Shown: in pieces, positions 1 through 9,643 of the stretch
Layout: the number at the start of each line of letters is the position of its first letter
Numbering within the stretch: position 1 is the stretch's first letter
Assembly (NCBI GenBank): GCA_963516175.1
Contig: CAUPZG010000001.1
Location: 17,972 to 81,971, forward strand
Direction of reading: 5' to 3'
DNA: 64,000 nt
Origin: an uncultured Candidatus Saccharibacteria bacterium
GTDB taxonomy: Bacteria; Patescibacteriota; Saccharimonadia; Saccharimonadales; Saccharimonadaceae
Notes under the pieces: generated by a model
What the model saw: only the letters and a program-made list of their open reading frames with translations
Told to the model about the DNA's origin: nothing
Databases searched by the model: none
Translations under genes and position numbers: made by a program

Positions 1-623
1 CCGTCGATCTTCCACTCGGCAGCCGGCGCAACGACCTCCTCGCGTGTCACTGTCACGTCCTTACGCTCGCCACCACGCGACAGCACTAGCTTGACCGTCG
101 TACCAATATCGCCGCGAATACGCTGCACCACTTGATCAACTGGCATGTCGGTCACCACCGTGTCATTAACCTTGACGATAGCATCGCCGGCTTTGATGCC
201 CGCCTTTTCGGCTGGACTATTTTTGAGCGGTCGGATAATTGTCGGCACATTATGCTTCTTGGCGATTTCCGCCCCGATACCGCCGCCAATATTGCCCGAT
301 AGGCTCTTTTCAAACTCCTTGGCCTCATCTGGGTCCATGTACGCCGTATGCGGATCATCCGTTGCTGCCACCATACCGCGCGCTGCCCCGCGAGCAAGCG
401 CCTGCTCGTCCAGCTTGCCATCATAGTGAGCCTTGAGCTCACGATACACGTTCTGCATCGTTGATACATCCAGCGACCCCGTCGCTGTTCTGAGACCAAA
501 CAGCGATCCAACCTGCGCCATGATCATATCTGACCGTGTCCCGGCTACAAAACTTACAATCGCAATCAACAGCCCGCCCAAAAACAAGCGAGCCCGTGTT
601 CCTACCCTCCGTTGCTCTGTCAT
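1..623 (-). CDS. ctpA: S41 family C-terminal processing protease (CtpA-like), truncated by the window edge
   Basis: Translated by hand from ATG at 623 (absent from the ORF track): MTEQRRVGTRARLFLGGLLIAIVSFVAG...GMVAATDDPHTAYMDPDE...GIGAEI...SPAEKAGIKAGDAIVKVND...IRGDIGTTVKL. N-terminal TM, DPHT motif and PDZ domain typical of S41A. Confidence 0.9.
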   Translation of the reverse strand, partial: MTEQRRVGTRARLFLGGLLIAIVSFVAGTRSDMIMAQVGSLFGLRTATGSLDVSTMQNVYRELKAHYDGKLDEQALARGAARGMVAATDDPHTAYMDPDEAKEFEKSLSGNIGGGIGAEIAKKHNVPTIIRPLKNSPAEKAGIKAGDAIVKVNDTVVTDMPVDQVVQRIRGDIGTTVKLVLSRGGERKDVTVTREEVVAPAAEWKID

Positions 624-637
624 ACATCTATTGTACA

Positions 638-665
638 CAAAAACCCCCGCTGATGCGAGGGCTTT
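638..665 (-). terminator. Intrinsic terminator after the CHAP gene
   Basis: Minus strand reads CCCTCGC-ATCA-GCGGGGG followed by TTTTT. Confidence 0.65.
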
Positions 666-682
666 ATTGGCTCATCGTGCTA

Positions 683-1816
683 CTAAAAATACACGTACGT
701 CAAACCTGAGGCTGAACGTGTATACCGCCGGTATAGTCCATCCCACGCCAAGTTATAGTCACTGACCGTAATTGTACCATCACCATTGACCGACTCAACA
801 TACATCACGTGGCCATAATAGCCAACGTGCATCACCGCTGCTGCGCCAGCCTTTGGTGTTGAACCATTCGAGATGCCATAGCGAGCTGCCGTTGATGGCC
901 ACTGATTAGCATTACCCGCACCACCAAAGTTTGGCACAAATCGCCCGGTGCTGTGGATCTTCCACGCCACATAACTCACGCACTCACGCGTATACAGACC
1001 CCATGGATCAACGTAGGCATCTAAGGGAGCGCTAGCCCACGCGCCCGGATAGCCACCACCGCCTGGGACACCGCCCGGAATTGATACACTACCAAGCGCC
1101 CGTCGGTTAGCCGCCGCCTGCTCTTCGCGTAATTTCGCTGCCTGGTTATTGCGCTGCGTCGCCAAGGCTGCATAGGCATTCTGGTCATTCTTGGTATCGT
1201 TAACCAGCTTAGCCTGCTCTGCCTGTTTGGACGCTAGCTGTGATTGCTGGGCCTTCTGATCCCTGAGTACATTCTCAACTGACTTTTTATTCTCTTCTAA
1301 CTTCGCCTGCAGCGCCTTGATCTCCTTGATCTTATCATTCAGTGATGATCGCAAACTACTACGTTGCTCCTGCTTATCGACATAATCACCGATTGACTTG
1401 GAGCTCGCCAGCATCTCGAGTGGTGAAATCTGATCATCGAGGTAAATATCTGAGAGAATTTTACCCATGACCTTGCGGCTCTTTTCAATCGCTAGCTTAT
1501 TCTTAGCAATCTCAGCAACCAATGCATCGTGCTTTTGTTGGCTTTTGGCAATTTCCGCTCGGATCGAATCGATCTGCGCGTTAATGCGCCCGAGCTCTTC
1601 CTCCAGCGTCGCCGCCATCGTCCCGAGGCGATCGGCCTCGTTCTGCGCCTGCTGGGCTTGTTGATTGAGAGCATTGATTTCCGCGTCATAGTCACGCGCG
1701 AATACGTGTGGGCCAAGCTGGAACACGCCAGCGCCCAAAACAACAGCACTAACCGCCACGAGAGCTGCCCGTGTGGCTCGTGATGTTGAAACTGGTGTGG
1801 TGGACCGTATCTTCAT
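683..1816 (-). CDS. Secreted coiled-coil plus CHAP-domain peptidoglycan hydrolase (PcsB/CwlO-like)
   Basis: Signal peptide, long coiled coil, C-terminal CHAP motifs ECVSYV and YGHVMYVE; directly downstream of ftsEX. Confidence 0.88.
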   Translation of the reverse strand: MKIRSTTPVSTSRATRAALVAVSAVVLGAGVFQLGPHVFARDYDAEINALNQQAQQAQNEADRLGTMAATLEEELGRINAQIDSIRAEIAKSQQKHDALVAEIAKNKLAIEKSRKVMGKILSDIYLDDQISPLEMLASSKSIGDYVDKQEQRSSLRSSLNDKIKEIKALQAKLEENKKSVENVLRDQKAQQSQLASKQAEQAKLVNDTKNDQNAYAALATQRNNQAAKLREEQAAANRRALGSVSIPGGVPGGGGYPGAWASAPLDAYVDPWGLYTRECVSYVAWKIHSTGRFVPNFGGAGNANQWPSTAARYGISNGSTPKAGAAAVMHVGYYGHVMYVESVNGDGTITVSDYNLAWDGLYRRYTRSASGLTYVYF

Positions 1817-1899
1817 TGCTTTTCATTGTAGCATAAGCAATACGTGGGCGTCAAGCGCTTTGATCCACCAAATCCCCAGAGGTCAGCGGCGGTAATACA

Positions 1900-2901
1900 T
1901 TATATTTTCAAGTACTTCCGCGTCGCGATCAATGACGAGATAATGCCGATCAACGCACCGATCATAATCATCGCCAGCACCACCAGCCCGGCATACGTGG
2001 TACTAATGTTCATCAAATTATCCATCGGCAGCCGCACCGCCAGCTTGTCATGCGCCGAGAATAGCAATAGATAACCGATCCCCGACGCCACCAATGCCGC
2101 GATAAATCCATACATGATTGCCTCGACGATAAATGGCCCGCGAATAAATCCGCGATCAGCACCGATCAGCTTCATCATCTGGATCTCGTCTTTACGGTTA
2201 AAAATTGCCATCCTGATCGTGTTAAACACCACCAGCGACGAAATCACCACGAACACCACGGTAGCGATCGAGCCAGCGATACTGGCAAACCGCACCCAAT
2301 CACCGATGGCATTGATCGCATCGCGCCGATCGCCAATAAACGACGGCTCTTTGGCAGGGTCTTTATGCTTTTTATACAACTCGTCATGTTTCGTAAACTC
2401 AATCAGTGGTCGCTGGTCGTTCAAATCCTTGAGCGAGGCCCGCAGCGAAGCCGGCATTTCATTGCTCGATTCTTTGATCGCCTCAAGAAACGCTGGGTCA
2501 TTCTTGTGCTGCTCAATCTGTTCTTTGCGCGCCTGCTCCGCCGAGATATAGGTCACCTTTTCGACATTATGGAGCTTACTGAGGCGTGACATTAGCTCGT
2601 CAACTACCTTTTGCTCGGTTGAGCCTTTGAGGAAGATCGACATATCAGCCTTGCGCGAAATCGTATCCACCGAGTCAACCAGCACCTGCCGGGCAGCCAT
2701 AGTGATGGCAATGATCAAGAGTGTCACCGCCATCACCGCAGTCGCTGCAATCGTCAACCAAGTGTTACGGCTAAAATTATTGATACCATACCGGCACATT
2801 CGCCAGAACGTCAGCACTCGACGGCGACGCTGCCGCGTGCGCTTGAGGACTTTGGGATCGACGCGCGCCTTGGCAGCGGCTTTACGTGAAATATCGGTCA
2901 T
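1900..2901 (-). CDS. ftsX: Cell division permease FtsX
   Basis: Four TM segments, NTIRMAIFNRKDEIQMMKLIGA motif; overlaps ftsE. Confidence 0.93.
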   Translation of the reverse strand: MTDISRKAAAKARVDPKVLKRTRQRRRRVLTFWRMCRYGINNFSRNTWLTIAATAVMAVTLLIIAITMAARQVLVDSVDTISRKADMSIFLKGSTEQKVVDELMSRLSKLHNVEKVTYISAEQARKEQIEQHKNDPAFLEAIKESSNEMPASLRASLKDLNDQRPLIEFTKHDELYKKHKDPAKEPSFIGDRRDAINAIGDWVRFASIAGSIATVVFVVISSLVVFNTIRMAIFNRKDEIQMMKLIGADRGFIRGPFIVEAIMYGFIAALVASGIGYLLLFSAHDKLAVRLPMDNLMNISTTYAGLVVLAMIMIGALIGIISSLIATRKYLKI

Positions 2902-3581
2902 TGCTTGTAACTCCCCTTGGCTTGATCAGAGGTAATTTTACCGTGATCAATGGTGATCACCCGTCGTTTCAACTTATTAACAATATCAACATTGTGCGTG
3001 GTCAGTAGCACCGTGGTGCCGTATTTGTTAATTTTTTCTAGCAAGCGCACAATGTCCCAGCTGTGCTTGGGGTCGAGGTTACCGGTCGGCTCATCGGCGA
3101 TCAAAATCTTCGGCTGGCGAACCACCGCCCGAGCAATCGCCACCCGCTGGCGTTCACCGCCAGATAGCTGATGCGGGAAATTCTTTTCCTTGCCTTTCAG
3201 TCCCACCAGTTCGATCACCTTTGGCACCGTTGATTTGATCTCGCGGTTAGTCATGCCGGCAATCTCCAGCGCAAACGCCACATTCTCAAACACCGTCCGA
3301 TTCGGCAAAAGCTTAAAGTCCTGAAAGACGACGCCAATTTTTCGGCGCAGCAACGGAATGTGCTTGTCCTTGAGCGTGTCGTAATCAATCCCACCAACGA
3401 CAATCTTGCCACCAGTCGGCTTTTCCTCGCGGGTCAGCAGTTTGAGCAGCGTCGACTTCCCCGCGCCCGATGTCCCGACCAAAATCACAAACTCGCCAGG
3501 CTTGACATGAACACTCACCCGGTTCAAGGCCGGCTTGTTGTCCTTGCCATACGTTTTGGTAACCCTATCTAACAAAATCAT
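2898..3581 (-). CDS. ftsE: Cell division ATP-binding protein FtsE
   Basis: GTSGAGKST Walker [36 protein letters not shown] at 3581 preferred, 7 nt after TGCTATACT. Confidence 0.95.
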   Translation of the reverse strand: MILLDRVTKTYGKDNKPALNRVSVHVKPGEFVILVGTSGAGKSTLLKLLTREEKPTGGKIVVGGIDYDTLKDKHIPLLRRKIGVVFQDFKLLPNRTVFENVAFALEIAGMTNREIKSTVPKVIELVGLKGKEKNFPHQLSGGERQRVAIARAVVRQPKILIADEPTGNLDPKHSWDIVRLLEKINKYGTTVLLTTHNVDIVNKLKRRVITIDHGKITSDQAKGSYKQ

Positions 3582-3649
3582 TTCCACTAGTATAGCAGAT
3601 TTTTTACGATGGTGCGAATCAGCACAGCAAACTATGCTACACTAGACAT

Positions 3650-4480
3650 ATGAAACCTTCAGCCGCATTACTCAACCGTCTCAGCATCATGTTTATCACC
3701 CTCAGTATCATCGGGGTCGGATTAATAATTATCAGTAATATCAGCGTGCCATTCCTACCGGATACGTTTGATGCGGCGCGACCGCAAGATACATGGTCAT
3801 GTTGCGAGGCTCCTGGACAAACTGCCAATGCTCTACGCTGGCCACTCTTCCTGGTCGGTGGACTATTCCTATTTATCAGCATCGTCTGGGGTATATATTA
3901 CCTCGGACGGGGGCTACGACAGCTCGTGGGGCAATCGCCTGATGAGTCAGCGCAACCCGTACGGCGCACCTATAGGATACTGGAGATTGGCTTGCGACTA
4001 TTGGCGCTACTTATGGTCATGTCACTTGGCGCCACGCTCATATGCCTATTCCTCACACCCCACGTCACGCTGCTACAAGACATAGCACAACACAGCGGTA
4101 TTTTCGTATATATCATGTACACTGCGACTGGGCTACTCCTGGCTACTGGTTGTCTCGCCTTGCCGCTTTATACACTCATCAATACCAATCGCTGGCAAGC
4201 CAAGGCGATTACCGATAAAAGTCGATGGCTCGCACGCCATACTTCAACATTAGTATGGTATGGCCTCGCCATGGTGTGCTTTCTGGTGGGTACATGCGCG
4301 TGGCTCTATTACATCATCGGCGATGACACCAACCGAAAATATCCGATCGACGTTCTTGTCAAGCAAGCTGCTTGGCCATTTGGCGTACATTTCCTGTCCG
4401 TCATGGTCATCAGCCTTATCGCCTTTGCCGTGATGATCACCATTGCTGTCTTTCGTCAGCCGCGCGACTCACGCAAATAA
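3650..4480 (+). CDS. Hypothetical multi-pass membrane protein
   Basis: 276-aa ORF with about six hydrophobic segments; TGCTACACT 6 nt upstream of ATG. Confidence 0.7.
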   Translation: MKPSAALLNRLSIMFITLSIIGVGLIIISNISVPFLPDTFDAARPQDTWSCCEAPGQTANALRWPLFLVGGLFLFISIVWGIYYLGRGLRQLVGQSPDESAQPVRRTYRILEIGLRLLALLMVMSLGATLICLFLTPHVTLLQDIAQHSGIFVYIMYTATGLLLATGCLALPLYTLINTNRWQAKAITDKSRWLARHTSTLVWYGLAMVCFLVGTCAWLYYIIGDDTNRKYPIDVLVKQAAWPFGVHFLSVMVISLIAFAVMITIAVFRQPRDSRK

Positions 4481-5535
4481 GCCGTCATAAACTCATCAAC
4501 ATCCCCGTCCAGCACGCCCTGGGCGTTGCGGTTCTCGTGCTTGGTGCGAGTATCCTTGACCAGCGTATACGGATGCAGGACGTAGTTTCTAATCTGACTA
4601 CCCCAGTTGGCTGACTCGCCGGCCCTGAGATCAGACAGGGTTTCGGCGTGTTGCTCCAGCTTCATCGCCAGCAACTTGGAGCGCAAGATCTTCAGCGCCG
4701 TTTCTTTATTCTGGATCTGTGAACGCTCGTTCTGGATCGCCACGGTAATGCCCGTCGGCACGTGTGTCACCCGCACCGCTGAGTCAGTGGTATTCACTCC
4801 CTGGCCGCCCTTGCCGCCCGAGCGATACACATCAATCCTCAGATCACTCGGGTCAATCGCAATTTCATCCGGCGTATCAATCTTTGGCAGCACCTCCACC
4901 AGTGCAAAGCTAGTCTGGCGCAAATTATCAGCATTAAACGGACTGAGGCGCACCAGCCGATGCACACCATTTTCTGAGCGCAATTTTCCATAGGCAAACG
5001 GCCCAGAAATCTCCAGCACCGCCGTCTTTATCCCCGCGTCATCATTGGTCGAGCGCTCCAGCGTGTCGGCTTTCATCCCCGACCGCTCCGCCCAGCGCAG
5101 ATACATCCGCTCCAACATCGCCGCAAAATCCTGAGCATCCAGCCCGCCCACACCGGCCGAAATCCGCACCACTGCCTCGCGATTGTCGTACGGACCGCTA
5201 AATAGTAGATCAGTCTTGCGCTGGGTAAACTCCTGCTCCAGCGCTGCCACCTGCACTTCAAACTCTGGCAGCAGATCATCGTCGCCCAGCTCCATCAACT
5301 CAGCGATATCTGCCAGCTGCACCCCGAGCGTCCGCCACGGCTCAACTGTCTGGCGCAAGCTAGCCGCCTTTTTTGCTAGCGCCTGCGCCTCGTCCGGATT
5401 ATGCCAAATCTCCGGCTGGTTAAGCCGCTCGTCCAGCGCCGCCATCTCCTGCTCCAACGCCGCAACATCCAGCGCCACCTTGGCCTGTTCTACTTCTGAT
5501 CGCAGGGTTTGGATGCGTTTTTTGAGTGGTTGCAT
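4456..5535 (-). CDS. prfB: Peptide chain release factor 2 (no programmed frameshift)
   Basis: SPF anticodon motif (RLSPFN), GGQ, WGSQIRNYVLHPY; single continuous ORF. Confidence 0.97.
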   Translation of the reverse strand: MQPLKKRIQTLRSEVEQAKVALDVAALEQEMAALDERLNQPEIWHNPDEAQALAKKAASLRQTVEPWRTLGVQLADIAELMELGDDDLLPEFEVQVAALEQEFTQRKTDLLFSGPYDNREAVVRISAGVGGLDAQDFAAMLERMYLRWAERSGMKADTLERSTNDDAGIKTAVLEISGPFAYGKLRSENGVHRLVRLSPFNADNLRQTSFALVEVLPKIDTPDEIAIDPSDLRIDVYRSGGKGGQGVNTTDSAVRVTHVPTGITVAIQNERSQIQNKETALKILRSKLLAMKLEQHAETLSDLRAGESANWGSQIRNYVLHPYTLVKDTRTKHENRNAQGVLDGDVDEFMTAYLRESRG

Positions 5536-5585
5536 GGATATATTTTAGCAGATATTAACATATATTTTTTCAGCTAAATATAAGG

Positions 5586-6023
5586 CTACTTCTCAATAGT
5601 CTGCGCATTACGAAGATCGGACAAATATTTGCCTATTATTTTATTGGTCTTTAAGAATGCCTTGCGTTCTTTGACCATTTCATTAATCTTATCTTCTGCA
5701 TAGATTACCCACGATAAATAGGGTATAATTTTCTCCTGTGTCTCTGTTATAAATTCCTTGTACCCTTCAATACGCTCTCGTCTTTCTTCCAAGCAGTCTT
5801 TAACTGCTGCAATAACTATCCCAAGTTGACTAGGGCTATCAATACGCCGTATACTATCTAGTAATTCTTGATCTACACCATCTAATACATCTACCAGATG
5901 GCTCTTTAGGTCCTGAATATCACTAAACCTCCACCCGTCAGCATCTATTTTCTCCACAATAAACTCCGCCTTATCTTTTCCGCCAGTATATCCTTAGTTC
6001 CAGCCTTTCGCAAGCATATCCAT
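5586..6023 (-). pseudogene. AT-rich hypothetical gene with an in-frame TAA at codon 10 (or a shorter CDS from GTG 5957)
   Basis: SD-like GAGGGGGTGA precedes ATG 6023, which is in frame with ORF 5586..5957 but interrupted by TAA at 5994-5996. Confidence 0.55.
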
Positions 6024-6065
6024 AATCACCCCCTCTATCAACACAAAACATGTTATACTACCCCT

Positions 6066-6614
6066 ATGAATCAAGATATCGCTACCATCCTCGTAACTGC
6101 TGAACAAATTAATGACGCGGTGGCGCGGCTGGGCCAGGAGCTGACAGCAGAGTATCGCGACAAGAATCCGCTCGTCATCGGCGTACTGCGCGGTGCGGCG
6201 CCGTTCATGATCGATCTGGTACGCGCCATGGATTGCTATATGGAAATCGATTTCATTGACGTCTCTAGCTACGGCGACGCGACTGAATCATCCGGCGCGG
6301 TCACCGTTCTCAAAGACATTGATAGCGACGTTACCGAACGGCATATTCTACTGGTTGAGGACATCGTCGATACCGGCCGAACGCTAGAAAAATTGCTAGA
6401 ATTATTCGCCAGTCGCGGCACGGCCTCGGTCAAAGTCTGCTCACTACTCGACAAACCCGAACGGCGTATCGCCAACGTCGCCGCAGATTACGTCGGCCTG
6501 TCCGTCCCTAACGAATTCGTCGTCGGCTACGGCCTAGATTTCCGCCAACAATACCGAAACCTACCGTATATCGGAGTGTTGAAGCCTGAGGTGTATCAAG
6601 ACACTATAGCGTAA
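6066..6614 (+). CDS. hpt: Hypoxanthine phosphoribosyltransferase
   Basis: [22 protein letters not shown]-binding motif, [16 protein letters not shown]. Confidence 0.96.
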   Translation: MNQDIATILVTAEQINDAVARLGQELTAEYRDKNPLVIGVLRGAAPFMIDLVRAMDCYMEIDFIDVSSYGDATESSGAVTVLKDIDSDVTERHILLVEDIVDTGRTLEKLLELFASRGTASVKVCSLLDKPERRIANVAADYVGLSVPNEFVVGYGLDFRQQYRNLPYIGVLKPEVYQDTIA

Positions 6615-6945
6615 TCCATACCCGTATTTTCAGTACCACCTGCAGCATAACTGCCAAAATAATAATGAGTACCGGTAACCTGTAGCGCATAAATACTCTC
6701 ATTTTCTCTCGACATCGCGAGGACATTTTTACCCCTAATTTCGCCAACCACCACTCATAAAATCGCTGCTCTTTGTCTCCGGCAAATTGCATGTGCGACA
6801 GTGGACACCCCTGTAAAATTTCAAGCATTATGAAATGTAGCACCACCAAAACTGTGACTATTCTATAATCGAGCCACAACCAGGCAGTGTATGCAGCCAG
6901 TGTGAGGATCGCATGTAGTGTAATGACAAAATACTGTCGAAACAC
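6604..6945 (-). CDS. Small hypothetical membrane protein
   Basis: 113 aa, three hydrophobic stretches, GCPLS motif; abuts the murD stop. Confidence 0.6.
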   Translation of the reverse strand: MFRQYFVITLHAILTLAAYTAWLWLDYRIVTVLVVLHFIMLEILQGCPLSHMQFAGDKEQRFYEWWLAKLGVKMSSRCREKMRVFMRYRLPVLIIILAVMLQVVLKIRVWITL

Positions 6946-8307
6946 CTACAACTTCTCCACCGCCGCCACAAATTGCTCGCCGCGGTCGACGTAATTTTTG
7001 AACATCCCGAAGCTGGCGGCCGCCGGACTGAGGATGACAACATCGCCTGGGCGAGATAATTGACTGGCTTGGGCGACGACATCCACCATCGTTGTCTGGC
7101 CGAGCACTACTATCGTCGCCGTGACCGATGCTTGGCGCAGCGACTGTTCAATCTTCGCCGCATTTGCCCCGATAATGATCACCGCTCGCACCGTTTGTTT
7201 GGCAATCTCCGTGGCCATTTCATCATAATCCGCCCCCTTGTCGTACCCACCGACGATCAGCACTTTCGGCGCTTCAAACGCCCGCAGCGCCGCGATAGCA
7301 CTGCCCGGCGTGGTAGCGATACTGTCATCATAATACTTCACGCCGTTCTTCTCAGCAACGAATTTTAATCGATGCGGCAGTCCCATAAAACTCTCTAACC
7401 CAGCCGCGTACTGCTCGTCAGTCACTGTGATTGGCAATTCTGTCACTGCGCTCATCGCCGCACAGGCGTTCTCGAGGTTGTGCGCGCCCGGCAGCCGTAA
7501 ATGATCGGTGCGACAAATCCGCCGATCTTGCACGCAAAAGTAGCCATCCCGGACATACACCTGATCCTCGTCAGGGACAGCATAGCGGTGCGCGAAATCT
7601 AGCGCATCATCTCCGCAATACTCACACGTCGCATGACCTTGCTCATCCAATAGTCCATTAAAAGGCGTAGCGGCTACTTCCTCTGAATATTTATTCGTTG
7701 GATGATATAAACATGTATCAATAATACCCTGGTGGCGACGAATATTTTTCTTGGCGTCAAGGTACTCGGCAAAATCCGTATGCACCTCCAAATGGTCCGG
7801 CTCAATCATCAATACCACGGCAATGGTCGGCGATTTCTCGAGATCCCACAGCTGAAAACTCGATAGTTCGTACACAACGAAGTCATCCTTTGTGATGCTT
7901 GGCAGCGCGTCCAGTGCCGGCACACCGATGTTCCCAACCAGATGCACCGTCTGACCGGCCGCCCGCAAGATCGCCGCGATCAGACTGCAGGTCGTACCCT
8001 TGCCTTTCGTCCCCGTCACGCCAATAATCGGCGCTGGGCATTTATCGAAAAACTCATTGGTCGCCGACCATATTTTACCCGACGTTTTGAGCAGCCGCGG
8101 TGGCACACCCGGTGCTCGCACTACCATATCGGCATCCTGTAGCTGCTCGGCGAACACCGACTCGCCAGTCCGCACTGCCACGCCATCCGGCGCATCTTCA
8201 ACCGCCTTCTGGTCAGCAATCACAAACTCGGCATCAGGAAAAGCCTGCTGAAAATATCTCAAACTTGATATACCCTCAAGGCCATAGCCAGCGATAATGA
8301 TCTTCAT
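6946..8307 (-). CDS. murD: UDP-N-acetylmuramoyl-L-alanine--D-glutamate ligase
   Basis: GVTGTKGKGTT, GNIG, ELSSFQL, GLPHRL, LSPAAASFGMFKNYVDRG. Start moved to ATG 8307 (MKIIIAGYG). Confidence 0.95.
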   Translation of the reverse strand: MKIIIAGYGLEGISSLRYFQQAFPDAEFVIADQKAVEDAPDGVAVRTGESVFAEQLQDADMVVRAPGVPPRLLKTSGKIWSATNEFFDKCPAPIIGVTGTKGKGTTCSLIAAILRAAGQTVHLVGNIGVPALDALPSITKDDFVVYELSSFQLWDLEKSPTIAVVLMIEPDHLEVHTDFAEYLDAKKNIRRHQGIIDTCLYHPTNKYSEEVAATPFNGLLDEQGHATCEYCGDDALDFAHRYAVPDEDQVYVRDGYFCVQDRRICRTDHLRLPGAHNLENACAAMSAVTELPITVTDEQYAAGLESFMGLPHRLKFVAEKNGVKYYDDSIATTPGSAIAALRAFEAPKVLIVGGYDKGADYDEMATEIAKQTVRAVIIIGANAAKIEQSLRQASVTATIVVLGQTTMVDVVAQASQLSRPGDVVILSPAAASFGMFKNYVDRGEQFVAAVEKL

Positions 8308-8332
8308 AGGTTTATTATAGCATTGAGTAATA

Positions 8333-9610
8333 CTAAAACAGCCCCTCAAGCTTCTTCTGCAGTCGCCCGAGCAGTTCTTTATCACCGCTACTCACGCCAG
8401 CAAGCACCCAGGTATTCGCTGCAAAAAACTCTCGCGCCACCCGAACAATTTGATCAGCAGTCACCGCCAAAATCGCTGTCGGCACGCCCTCATAATTTTT
8501 GACGAAATCATCGGCAAAATAACGCCCGGTATAAAAATTACTGATTTGGGCCACCGTCTGTGCCCCCATCTGGTAACGGCCCAGTGCATACGATTTGGCA
8601 TTCTCGATATCCTCCGAGGTGATCGTCCCGTTCAGCACCCGGCGCAGTTCGCGCACGATAATATCAAACAGCGCCTCTGCTGTCTCGAGGTTGACCTGGC
8701 CGCCAAAGTCCCAAGCCGAATCATGAAACCCGACCGAGGTATCGCTAAACACGCCGTAAGCTAGCCCTTTCTTGCGCGCCGCCCCGAAAATCCGCGAACT
8801 CATCGTCCCGGTCAAGATATGATCCAAGCAGCCCATAGCGTCAGAATCCTCATCGCTCAGCTCGCGCGGCAGATTCATCGACCAGCCAAATGTCAGATTC
8901 GAGGCCTCCTTGCGACGGATAAAAATCGGTGCGGCACTTGACAGCTTATCGTGTGGGATAGTAAATCGCTCGCCCGGCTCTAGCTGCCACTGCTCCAGCG
9001 ATTCACGAATTGTCGCCATCCGCCCGGTCAACTTGCCCGCCACCACAAACCGCATATTATTGAGCGTATGCGTCCGCCGATGATGCTCCTTGATATCCTT
9101 TAGCGTGATCGCGTCAATCGTTTTCAGCCGCTGATTATACGTCAAAATATCCTCGCCCAGTGCTTGCTGCACCCGCGGCCACATCACGCGGTTGTGGTTA
9201 TTGAGATAGCCGGTCAGCTCACTCCGAACATTACCCTTTTCAGCCTCTAGTTCTTCAGCATTAAAGCGCGGTGTGGTGATCGCCAGCCGCTGTAAATCCA
9301 AAATCCGATCCCATTCAAAATCCGCACAGGCGGCCTCATACACCATTGAATAATCAGAGGTGAACGCATTATGATAGGCGCCATTCTTGGTAAACTCCTG
9401 CTCATACGCGTGCTCCGAACGAAACTTCTCATTCGCCCCAAACGCCATATGCTCCATGATGTGCGCCGTCTCGTAGATATCCTTGTCGCGGACATAGCGA
9501 TTGCCCGCCCGAAACTGCACCTGAAAGCTCATCACTGTCGCGTCCGGCACATCAATAAACAGGCCTTTCGCGCCGTTTTTCAATTTTATTTCTTTGACCG
9601 TATGTTTCAT
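8333..9610 (-). CDS. M16 family zinc metallopeptidase
   Basis: Inverted zincin motif HIMEH, NAFTS, SSRIF...RKKGLAY. Confidence 0.9.
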   Translation of the reverse strand: MKHTVKEIKLKNGAKGLFIDVPDATVMSFQVQFRAGNRYVRDKDIYETAHIMEHMAFGANEKFRSEHAYEQEFTKNGAYHNAFTSDYSMVYEAACADFEWDRILDLQRLAITTPRFNAEELEAEKGNVRSELTGYLNNHNRVMWPRVQQALGEDILTYNQRLKTIDAITLKDIKEHHRRTHTLNNMRFVVAGKLTGRMATIRESLEQWQLEPGERFTIPHDKLSSAAPIFIRRKEASNLTFGWSMNLPRELSDEDSDAMGCLDHILTGTMSSRIFGAARKKGLAYGVFSDTSVGFHDSAWDFGGQVNLETAEALFDIIVRELRRVLNGTITSEDIENAKSYALGRYQMGAQTVAQISNFYTGRYFADDFVKNYEGVPTAILAVTADQIVRVAREFFAANTWVLAGVSSGDKELLGRLQKKLEGLF

Positions 9611-9643
9611 CTGTCTGTCGCTCTCTGCCCACCGGTTTTAGAT

